Below are positions 54,137-64,000 of a DNA stretch of 64,000 nt, one piece after another (position 1 is the stretch's first letter; every line of letters begins with the position of its first letter). The stretch lies in contig NC_043003.1 in the NCBI RefSeq assembly GCF_006345805.1, positions 8,122,001 to 8,186,000 on the forward strand, read 5' to 3'. The notes beneath the pieces are model-generated. The model searched no databases and was not told where the DNA came from. It saw only the letters and a list, made by a program, of their open reading frames with translations. The translations under genes and the position numbers were made by a program. This DNA comes from Octopus sinensis. Taxonomy: Eukaryota.

Positions 54137-54150
54137 TATATATATATATA

Positions 54151-54261
54151 GGCCTGCTCGCTTAGCCAGCGGGGTGGCGTCATTTGAAGGCTAAAACAAT
54201 GCGAAGCGCATTGTGACCAGCGATGTGTAGCAACATCTGATAGCCTGGTCGGTCATGTGAT

Positions 54262-54268
<7 letters not shown>
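54151..54268 (+). other. 118 bp GC-rich structured element inserted in (TA)n
   Basis: TTAGCC/GGCTAA stem, ACAATGCG aag CGCATTGT hairpin, GACCAG..CTGGTC hairpin; TA repeats on both sides. Confidence 0.65.
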
Positions 54269-54309
<41 letters not shown>

Positions 54310-54312
<3 letters not shown>

Positions 54313-54795
54313 TGTGTGTCGGTGTTTGTAACCCAACATCACTTGACAACCGATGCTGGTGCGTTTACGTCCCCGTAACTTAACGGTTCGGCAAAAGAGA
54401 CCGACGAAATAAGTACTAGGCTTACAAAAAGAAGTCCTGGGGTCGATTCGCTCGACTAAAGGCGGTGCTGCAGCAAGGCCGCAATCAAGTGACTTGAAAC
54501 AAGTAAAAGAATATAATTTTCTCGTTCTTTTGTTTTGCACTCTTACATGGATAAGTGGAAGCGCGTGGCTTATTGGTTAGGATGTTGGTCTCGCGATCGT
54601 AAGATTGTGGTTTCGATTCCTGGATCGGGCGATGCGTTGTGTTCTTGAGCAAAACACTTTATTTTACGTTGCTCCAGATCACTCAGCTGGCGAAAAGGAG
54701 TAATCCTGCAACAGACTTGCATCCTGTTCAGGCGGGGAATGTATACCCCATGGAAATCGGGAAACCAGCCCTTATGAGTTAAAAGGAACTTTGTT
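54310..54795 (+). mobile_element. SINE A 3' half (54310-54512) and SINE C variant (54557-54795)
   Basis: Family motifs. Confidence 0.82.
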
Positions 54796-55003
54796 TCTTA
54801 TTGATTGGCCAGAGGGGTCTCTGCGGTTGGTATAATATCGACAAATCTTGCGAGAAGAACGCTGTAGCAAACAACGCTCAAACGACATCAGCATAGTACT
54901 GGCACTGCGTCTGTACTTCGCCGAAATAATTTATAAGGATCTAAACCTGGAGGGATCGACTCTAATTCATCGTTCATGAATGTTTTGAATTTTATAAGAA
55001 TGG

Positions 55004-55056
55004 GTGAATAAATTGGACGAAGCGCGGGCGAACGGCCGGAGTAACTATGCCTCTCT
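55004..55056 (+). rRNA. Diverged 28S rRNA fragment (helix 69 region)
   Basis: GTGAATAAATTGGACGAAGCGCGGGCGAACGGCCGGAGTAACTATGCCTCTCT versus eukaryotic 28S GTGAAGAAATTCAATGAAGCGCGGGTAAACGGCGGGAGTAACTATGACTCTCT (recalled). Confidence 0.75.
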
Positions 55057-55529
55057 GTGTGCAAGCAAACAAGCAAGCAATGGTCGGGGCCAACAAAAAG
55101 CATATCGATTTGAGGATTGGATGCAGCGAAAAATGAATACAAGTCGAGAGTTAAAAGGACGCAATCTTGTGTGAGAAAAGGACGAACGAGTAGAAAGGAA
55201 ATTAATCATTTAAAAGAATCAGGGTTCTCCTCTAAGGCTGATCGGAGGGAGGGAAAAAGATAACCTCAAACCAGGGCCCAGGGTTGAATGAATAGAACAT
55301 TTGCACTGCGTTAAATACACTCAGGAATTGATTGGCAGAGTCGCCTCTGAAGACAATTGATCTGTAAAATTATATTTAATCGTTTTGTTAAACCCTGCAG
55401 ATGTCGATAATCTTTTATTCTTTTACTCGTTTCAGTCATTTGACTGTGGCCATGCTGGAGTACCGCCTTGAGGAGTTTTAGTCGAGCAAATTAATCCCAG
55501 GCTTTTTTTTAAAGCGTAGTACTTATTTT

Positions 55530-56338
55530 AGTTGTGTCTTATAAGTTATAAGTGACCTATATTTTCTATATCCTTACTACACATCTAATAAGTTGAGCTG
55601 TCAAATTTTGTTATTTCATATTAAAAGAGATGACAGTAGAAGCACCATCAACATACTTTGGATACCGCTTGTCAAGGTTGATTAGTTTATGGAATGCAAT
55701 CGTGATGTGAAGACAATTTAGAAGCTCGCTATGGAATAAAATTTTGTGCGAAACTGGGTAAAATCACTACAGAATCATATAAAATTCTCCGGGTCACTTT
55801 TGGGTTAACTTGTATCAGCCGAGCTTCTGGTTTTCACAAGGACACGAAGCCACGCAAAGCCTGTTCACCGGGAAGCTTATGAGGATCCCCATTTTTGACA
55901 GCAAGGGTATCGTATGCATCCACTGGGTTCCCTCTGGACAGACGGTCGTCAAAGAGCATTGTGTGGAGGTTTTCAAGAGTTCAGGAAGAGATTTTATAGC
56001 GAAAGGTCTGAGTACTTGTATCAGGACAATGCATAGACATTTCATCAGACTACAATTCCATCCTGGTAACTGACCACTTCACAGGGATGGACATCAGGAC
56101 TGTGTCTGACCTTCTCTAGAGTCCAGTCCAAGTTGAAGAATATGTAGAAAGCTGTGACATGGGTCATGGACATTTTCTCTTTGAGAGACTTCCTTGGATC
56201 ATTCACGAAACCGCAGGAGCGCTACTATCGGTGCATTGAAGCAAGGGAATCCTATTTGAAGTACATCAGGATTAAGTACTTCGTTGAAATTATTGTCTCC
56301 CTTGAAAAGTCTCGAAATATCTGGAACGCACGTTGTAT
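55530..56338 (+). mobile_element. Internally deleted mariner
   Basis: GIKFCAKLGK..ESYKIL, KLM..IFDSKGIVCIHWVPSGQTV, YQDNA, RCIEARESY. Confidence 0.82.
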
Positions 56339-56373
56339 ACACATCAAGGTTTCTATACACATTCATATATTCA

Positions 56374-56431
<58 letters not shown>

Positions 56432-56462
56432 AATGTCTATATATTATATATATATATATATA

Positions 56463-58063
56463 CTAGCATTATGACCCGGCAACGCTGGGTCATAGTGCTA
56501 GTGCATGTATATATGTGTATGTATATGTGTACATATTACATTTACATCTATATAGATATACATCTACACATAAAATACAAAATACAAAGTTATATCTTGA
56601 TATCGCTAGTGATAACAATACTCAAAATATATAACAGACTGGAATTGTAGTCCCGTCTCTTGCAATTTCGATCAATTGTGTCTTGTCCTCCCTCTTGTAT
56701 AGAAGAGTGGCTACAATCCAGCCTACCTCTACTTCTGGGGGGACGTTTTAAATTTTTATCCGGGACGTCCTACATCCCAGATATAAAGGTAAAAATAAAA
56801 TATTTCCACTTTGCAAGGTTCGAGTTGAGTACTCCCTTGCACGCTCCGTTGACTCGAACCTTGCTTCTATTGTGGCGAATTTACCACCTCTGGTTAGATA
56901 TCTTTCATAGTCGCACCAAGACACTTTTCGATGTTGCTTTCCTCCAGGTGTTCAAATCTTTTTTTTTCCTCTATATTGTATACTTTATAGACAAAAGTTT
57001 TTTCTTTAATTTTATTTTTTATTTCGTTTGGTGGTGTTATCCTAGATTCACCGTCTTTGTCGGTGATCAATCCGAAATAGGTTTGTATTTCTTCCATTTT
57101 AATTTTAATGAGTTCGCGCCCGCAGACGGCTGCAGTGAAATTCATTTTTGGACTTTCTTCTATCGAAGACAATTTTAACAAAAATGCTTCCGTATAAACG
57201 GTGAAAATATTGTCAATTTCCCCAAACAGGGACACAATTCAATTTTTAAACAATAACCAAAGCTCCTTCTCCCAAAGGGGGAGGGTTACAGTTTACAACT
57301 ATTTAACAAATGCAACACAACAACGTTTCTCTTACGAGGAACCAACAAACGTGATAACAATAGTTAAACAGTAATAATAATAACAACAAACCCTACGGTG
57401 AATCAAAAAGCAGTACTCAGTTGAAGCTATAGTTCTTTATGGATAAGAAATAAACCAACAGCAGAACTCAGTAGAAGCGGCTGTTCGAGAAAACAGATTT
57501 ACATACAGCCAAACTTCATATAGATACTTAATTCTAGCTAATTAACACATAATCTAACGTAAAAGCCGTGGTAAAGGGTATGTGCACAGCTCCACCTGAA
57601 ATGTTCCATTTCTGCATATTAATTTTATTTTTAATTTATTCCTATTCATGTGAAACCCCTTATTCAAGTTCAAGTCATTGATGCAATTTTATACCAGTTG
57701 CTATTTTTACTTTCAATTATTATGTTACGATTTAATTATCATATTATACTTTAGTTTGAGTTTAATTATTACTTACTACATATAATTCAATTGTTATTAT
57801 TATCTCTAATTTTTATTGTTAAAGTGAAAGTATCTGACATAAAATAGAAAAATGTTTTTGTTTCACTTTTAACACCTAATACTGAAATAGTGGAGAAGAT
57901 ATGATATTGCGTTGGGCTCGCCCTAGGCAAGAAGCTGCACTTTTTTCCCCCATGAAACTACATGAACCCTGAGTAAGGCATGTATAAAATTTGAATGAAA
58001 TTGGTTGTGTAGTTCTCAAGTTTTAGGGCATCACACAGACAGACAGACACACATTCTCAGTTT

Positions 58064-58070
<7 letters not shown>
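56463..58070 (-). mobile_element. Non-autonomous Helitron carrying a coding remnant (56894-57235)
   Basis: 3' CTAG with GACCC..GGGTC hairpin; 5' region ..TAAAACTGAGAATGTGTGTCTGTCTG typical of Helitron ends, merging into (TA)n. Confidence 0.75.
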
Positions 58071-58105
<35 letters not shown>

Positions 58106-59419
58106 CGTATATGTATATATTGAAAGATACGGGTTTTACTGATTTCTTTTTTTTTTTCTGAAGGAGAACAAATTGTTAATTCACACAGTACGAATCTATG
58201 GTATATGAATTGGGAATGATGTTTAGCTTCATGTGAAGAGAAATATTATATATTGCAAATAAGCAAACGGACATATATATATATATCTCAACTGAATAAG
58301 AATGCCGTATTGAAATTAGCCTTTCAAGACATGTGTCTGACGTTGGGTTGATGGGAGTGAGGAAATTATGATTTATAAAGAAACGAATGGAAATTTATCA
58401 ATGGAATTCTGATACCGCATTATACAGCAAATACAAGTAATAAAAGTGAGAATAACGATAACAAGTAGAATGGTAAAGATATTGTTGGTTTGGCAGTGAT
58501 CTCCACAAACGTAGGCTGCGGATGACAATCGATTTTGCAAATGTAGGTTTGTGTTTGCATACTTTAGGCGGAAATGGAGTCACCTCCCCGATCAGAAAGT
58601 AATATTAAGAAGCCATTCTGCTTCGATAATGTTCTGTTGGACCCGATAGAAAAAATAATAATGAAGTCCTGGGAGTATAAATTTGAATACGAGACAATTT
58701 CGAGTTCTGATGGACAAAATTATTTATTCATGAAAACTTTTTCCGTCTTTTCTTATATTTTAGTTTTATAAATATAACAAAATATACTTTTGCAATATTG
58801 TGTTTTACTTTTTTCTACTTTTTAACTTGTTTCAGGACCGCCTTTAAAGGATTTTCTATCCGCGTGGGACGCGAACCCACATCCCTTTGTTAACGCTACT
58901 AAGTGTTATCTTTATGCATAGAGACACATAAACACACACACACATACACACACATTATTGAAAATTCAACACAGAAATGTGAATAATAGTGGAGGAAAGA
59001 GTATGGTCAGTGTTTGGCAGGCAGAGTTTATTAAGGCTTTCCACACATTGCTATTTTCAGCCGCTACAAGTATTTCATTGAGCGACATCACGCAGTCCGC
59101 ATGAATCATTCGTTGGAAAGGCGTTCTTGGTCGTTTCCTCTCATGCTTTCCATTTTGTTAAGCTGCAGGCAGAGGCTGCTGGTGAACCTTGCTGTACTCT
59201 TTCACCACAACTTTCTCTCATTCTTTCTTCCTGTTTCTGTTGTAGCTGTACTTCAAAGGTGCCAGCCTTGTCACACTCCGTGTCACGCTGAATCTCCCCG
59301 AGAACTACGTTAGGGGTACACGTGCCTGTCGAGTACTCAGCAACTTGCACGTTTAAATGAACTGCGACGTCACTGGTGCCAAGCTGTATCGGCCCCTTTG
59401 CCTTTCCCTTGGACAACAT

Positions 59420-60463
59420 GCCACGTGACGCGTATTTGTCTTGCAGTCCTTCTTTCCTGTTCGTCGATTTTTACGATGGTTGAAACGAAGGAACATCGTG
59501 CTTCAGTGAAAGTCTGTTTTACAGTTTACAAGGACGCTGCTATGAGCAAAACACAAGTTTACGAGTAGATTTCGCGCTTTAGGAATGGTCACTTGTCGCT
59601 TGAAAACCAACCTCGTTCAGGGCGGACGTTGACCTCACGAACGAATGAAAACATCATGAAAATCCATGAACTGATCTTGGAGGACAGTAACACCAAAATT
59701 TAACGAACTTGATATGTATGATTGGTGTGGGTCCTGGAGCTCCTGCCAGCGACTTTCGGGCTAGAAATTGCCAATGAAAAGAGTTGCAGCAAAATTTGTG
59801 CCTCGCTTGCTCACGCGAGATCAAAAGCAGTTGATCCGGACATTTCATCGTTCTCAACAGAATGAAGGAGATATTGAACAACTGAAGTCCGCGTGCATTT
59901 TTGTTCAGCTGAAAGCAGTTTGGGCATAAACTTGGCAGACACTCATCTCATACTCAAAACTTCAGTGATAATGGACTGAACAGAATCGTAACTATCCTTC
60001 CCATCCTCTGATAATTTACAGATGGGGATTTGACGATCTCCCCTCACAGCTGCACGCACATCTGTTTTTTCTCAGTTCTGCTGGTTTGGCGTCTCCCATA
60101 ACATTCATCAATATCGATATTTTTTTCTGCCATCTTGGAAACGTCTGAACCAATCGTACACTTGTGTACACCACTCTCCATACATTCATGTACCTAATTC
60201 CATTCACTTTCTGCAATTTTGCGTAGGCCTCTGAGTAGTTATCGCCATGGCAATTTTTCCTATCATGGTCAATGCGGCCATCACACACTTCACAACTTCC
60301 TTCCAAGCCCTGTTGTAAACAGCAGAAGTGAACTGGGACATTAAATCTTAGTGCACATTCACAGCAGAGTTTTAATGTCAATCAGTGCCGAGCGGCTTTA
60401 TTCTGCGTACTTTAGCTTCGTTACTATGACAACAACCCGGATATTTATTGATCAGACCTCGTA
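59420..60463. mobile_element. Two convergent mariner 5' halves
   Basis: Plus: MSKTQVYE*.SRFRNG..PRSGR..MKRVAAKFVPRLL. Minus: EAYAKLQKV..SVQSII..VSAKFMPKLL with TIR ending CCTCG|TA. Confidence 0.82.
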
Positions 60464-60739
60464 TGTATACATATGTATGTATTTATGTGGTGTATATATA
60501 CACACACATACTAACACCACACACACATATATATATAGTCGTATGTATATATATAGTATATATATATATATATATATATACATACATATAACATATATAT
60601 ACATATACACGTATGTATCTAGATATATATATTTATATATATATATGTGTGTATATATATATATATGTGTGTGTGTGTTTGTATATTAGAAATACCGTAA
60701 TGTATTTTGAAGCAAATAGTCTGACGTCATACCTCAAGA

Positions 60740-61246
60740 GGATGTGCATGAAACTTCCGAGGACTTATCTGTAAATAAAAATTGTTTCATTGTTTGAAGA
60801 TCATCTCAAGTAGATCGAAAAACTGTATAAGAAAAACGAAAAAGTAAATATAAGCCATCTGTAACATGAGCAAGCACGGTCACGTGCTGCGAAGACAACC
60901 CGAGAAAAATATATTCGTAAAACTGGGAAATTTTACTTGAACGCATCCCCAACTCACCTTAGGTAGCCCCATCATATTTCTGTTCTTTCAGGTCACATGA
61001 AATCTGTCCTAATGGAATTACATTGAGAAACATGTGCTATGTCGATACGGCTTTCAAAACAGTTTTCTCTCTAAACAACAACTTGATGCTTTTTGGCTGA
61101 GGAATTAGGAAAATGGTTTTGAAGTTTGGAAACGGGGAAATTTCTAAAGATGCCAATCAGATTTTGAATGAATAAATAATTTGACGAAATGTTTTATGTT
61201 GATTTAAACTCATAACATAAGCTGAAATTACATCGGTACCCCTAAT
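60740..61246 (+). mobile_element. Degenerate mariner 3' half
   Basis: HEQARSRAAKTTREK (like HDNARPH) and HP..SP.VAPSYF.SFRS (like HPPYSPDLAPSDF); ends CCCCTAAT. Confidence 0.55.
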
Positions 61247-61309
61247 TTACGTGTGTGTGTGTGTGTGTTGGGTGGGTAGGTATTGTTTGAGTGTGTGTAT
61301 ATAGACATA

Positions 61310-61743
61310 TTTACTCTTTTACTCTTTTACTCTCTTACTTATTTCAGTCATTTGACTGCGGCCATGCTGGAGCACCGCCTTTAGTCGAGCAAATCGACCC
61401 CGGGACTTATTCTTTGTAAGCCCAGTACTTATTCTATCGGTCTCTTTTGCCGAACCGCTAACTGACGGGGACGTAAACACACCAGCATCGGTTGTCAAGC
61501 AATGCTAGGGGGACAAACACAGACACACAAACACACACATACACACACACACAATATATATATATATATATACATATATACGACAGGCTTCTTTCAGCTT
61601 CCGTCTACCAAATCCACTCACAAGGCATTGGTCGGCCCGGGGCCATAGCAGAAGACAGTTGCCCAAGATGCCACGCAGTGGGACTGAACCCGGAACTATG
61701 TGGCTGGTTAGCAAGCTACTTACCACACAGCCACTCCTGCGCC
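61310..61743 (-). mobile_element. SINE family A, full length
   Basis: Complete head, body and tail with AGTAAAAG repeats. Confidence 0.93.
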
Positions 61744-63117
61744 TGTGTATATATTTATATTTGTTTCTTGTTCTTTTGTCAATTTTTATTTTCTTATTAC
61801 CGCTCTGTACCCGACTGACACTGTATTCTGAAGCATACGTATATTTAGGCCTAACGCTAGGTTATTAGTATTGCTATGCGTAAGCAAAACACACACACAC
61901 ATACACACATACATGCACACATACATGCATCGATGCATCCATGCATACATACATACGTAGATAAATATATACATATATTTATGATAGAATAATATATAAG
62001 TGTGCGCGTGGGTGTGAATATATATATTTATAGAGAAGTGTATGTATGTGTGAGTATATATTTATAGAGGTGTATGTGTGTTCAATATTGTGTAGTCTTT
62101 TATGTATAGAGCATAGCTTTGAAAATACAATGCATGAAGTTATGGCCCCATCGGTATATCAAAGCGTTAAAAGGGTTGTTAGAAAATTTATGAAAACATA
62201 CACAAAATCATTTAACGAGCTTTTGTGTTGCTTTTCTTTGTGAATCGCAATATCTAAGTGTTTCTTAAGGTCTGTTTTATGGCTGTTTACATTTTCCCTG
62301 TTCGTTGCCAATTGCAATAAAAGAAATGAAGTTCTCTGGCTTAAGCACTTCTGCAAAACAAATATTTTCATTACGCTCGTGAAATATCTATTTCTGTTGC
62401 TCATATTATATCCCTATTCTGTGAGTTGATGGTAAATATCACTTCTTCTTTTTAATTTTTTATCTATCGTCTTTTAGTTTTTAAAATTAATTTGAGATTC
62501 GAGTAATCATCTGTAGTATTTTACAGAGAGAAAGGCCAAAAAGATGTATTGACATTTCAATTCTATTCGTATTTTCCCGTTCGTTTTCTATTTTCTGTTT
62601 CTTACAATTTGTGTGCTCTGCAGTTGCTCATGCGTTAGTACAGGAAGTACATGTATTTGAATATAAGTGTTTCATTAGAGGCTGTCCTATAATTATATGA
62701 TCTAAGGCACAGCCAGAATACCAATTGATATAGTTTTGTTTTCCCTTCATTTCTTTTCTCCGCTATTTCTTCTCAGCGCGCTCTTTTTCAGTCAGTTATT
62801 TTATTTCTTCTTATTTTACTTTTTCTCATCGTGACACCTCCTTATACATTTCTTCATCTTTTTCTCTCTTTTGCAACACACAACATTTCTCCTTATCTTT
62901 CTCTCCGTTCCTCCACTCTCTCTCTGTCTCTCTCTCCATTTCCCCAACTCATTCTTTTCCTCTTGACGTCACCCCCCTTACTTCTATGATACAAACCTCC
63001 TGCTTTAAAGTAATCTAAACTAAAACCTCCCCTCTGTATTCCTTGCTCATTTATGTTCCAACTACCACTTTAACTATAAAAAAATTATTTTACTTACTTC
63101 TAACTTTTATTAACATA

Positions 63118-63500
63118 GGCGTAGGAGTGACTGTGTGGTAAGTAGCTGGCTTACCAACCACATGGTTACGGGTTCAGTCCCACTGTGTGGCACCTTGGTC
63201 AAGTGTCTTCTATTATAGCCTCGGGCCGACCAAAGCCTTGAGAGTGGATTTGGTAGACGGAAACTGAAAAAAGCCCGTCGTATATGTATATGTATGTGTG
63301 TGTGTGTATGTGTTTGTGTATCTGTGTTTGTCCCCACAACATCATTTGACAGCCGATGCTGGTGTGCTTAGGTCCCCATAACTTAGCGGTTCGGCAAAAT
63401 AGACCGATAGAATGAGTACTAGGCTTACAAAGAATAAGTCCTGGGGTCGATTTGCTCGACTAATGGCGGTGCTCCAGCATGGCCAGTCAAATGACTGTAC
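63118..63500 (+). mobile_element. SINE family A, full length
   Basis: GGCGTAGGAGTGACTGTGTGGTAAG..GGTTCAGTCCC..GGCGGTGCTCCAGCATGGCC. Confidence 0.92.
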
Positions 63501-63789
63501 CAGTGAGGTACAACAGCTATAACTAGAAAGACCAGTCAGTTCGACTCATGGTCCCGGCTGAAAAATGAGAAATCCGTTGCTTGGAGGATGGCGTGGGAGG
63601 CGAGCTGGAACAGCCGCTCCGACTCATAGAGCTCACTCATCAAATATTAGATTTGTTTCTGTCATACTTTAGTTTATCGCACTGACGTTCTCTACTTAGT
63701 GTTATATAATTTATCTCCATACACGATATACTAAATATATCCTGTCACTTATTGTGCGTTTTTTCCAGCCAATTTATTTCACATTGATC

Positions 63790-63995
63790 CAACCCACTTT
63801 GCTGCCACAAATGTCTTGTACCTGTATTTCCAAGGGCAAAGCCCTGTTACATTCTGTGTCACGTTGAACCTCCCTGAGAACTACGTGAAGGGCACTCGTG
63901 TCTGTAGAGTGCTCAGTTACTTGTATATTAATTTTACAAGTAGGCTGTTCCGTTGATTGGCTCAACTGGAATACTCGTCGTCGTAACCAATGGAA
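63790..63995 (+). mobile_element. SINE C, 3' part
   Basis: GAGAACTACGT..GTGCTCAG..GTCGTCGTAACC. Confidence 0.8.
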
Positions 63996-64000
63996 TACAA

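Noticed and set aside
54151-54230. Pistol or HDV-like ribozyme assignment
   Set aside because: Topology is partly similar, but the pistol AAA linker and GCG and the HDV P1 and L3 CC are absent.
58858-58900. tRNA gene
   Set aside because: Only a T-arm-like piece; no cloverleaf. SINE heads were likewise not called as tRNAs.

Overview
AT-rich eukaryotic non-coding DNA (intronic or intergenic) made almost entirely of repeats. The tRNA-derived SINEs, (TA)n/(TCTA)n/(ATT)n microsatellites and CR1, Penelope, mariner and Helitron relics point to a coleoid cephalopod, probably Octopus (inference from repeat content). I find no credible host protein-coding exon; nearly all listed ORFs are microsatellite or SINE read-through. 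Recognisable protein remnants are all from mobile elements: CR1-group RT (three loci plus a short fragment), an R4/Dong-type restriction-like endonuclease, several mariner pieces, a DD41D transposase, and a possible OB-fold inside a Helitron. The most notable signals are RNA-structural: (1) about 11 near-complete type-I hammerhead ribozyme motifs from about 8 unrelated Penelope-like terminal repeats, five with a U4C core variant; (2) a second covarying stem-loop motif that lies downstream of the hammerhead in two families and recurs at four loci, which I cannot assign to a named RNA class; (3) a covarying 3' hairpin plus 8-nt repeat shared by CR1 LINEs and the main SINE; (4) a 5S rRNA copy and a 28S fragment ending just before the R2 target site. 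All alignments and folds were done by eye, so boundaries are approximate.
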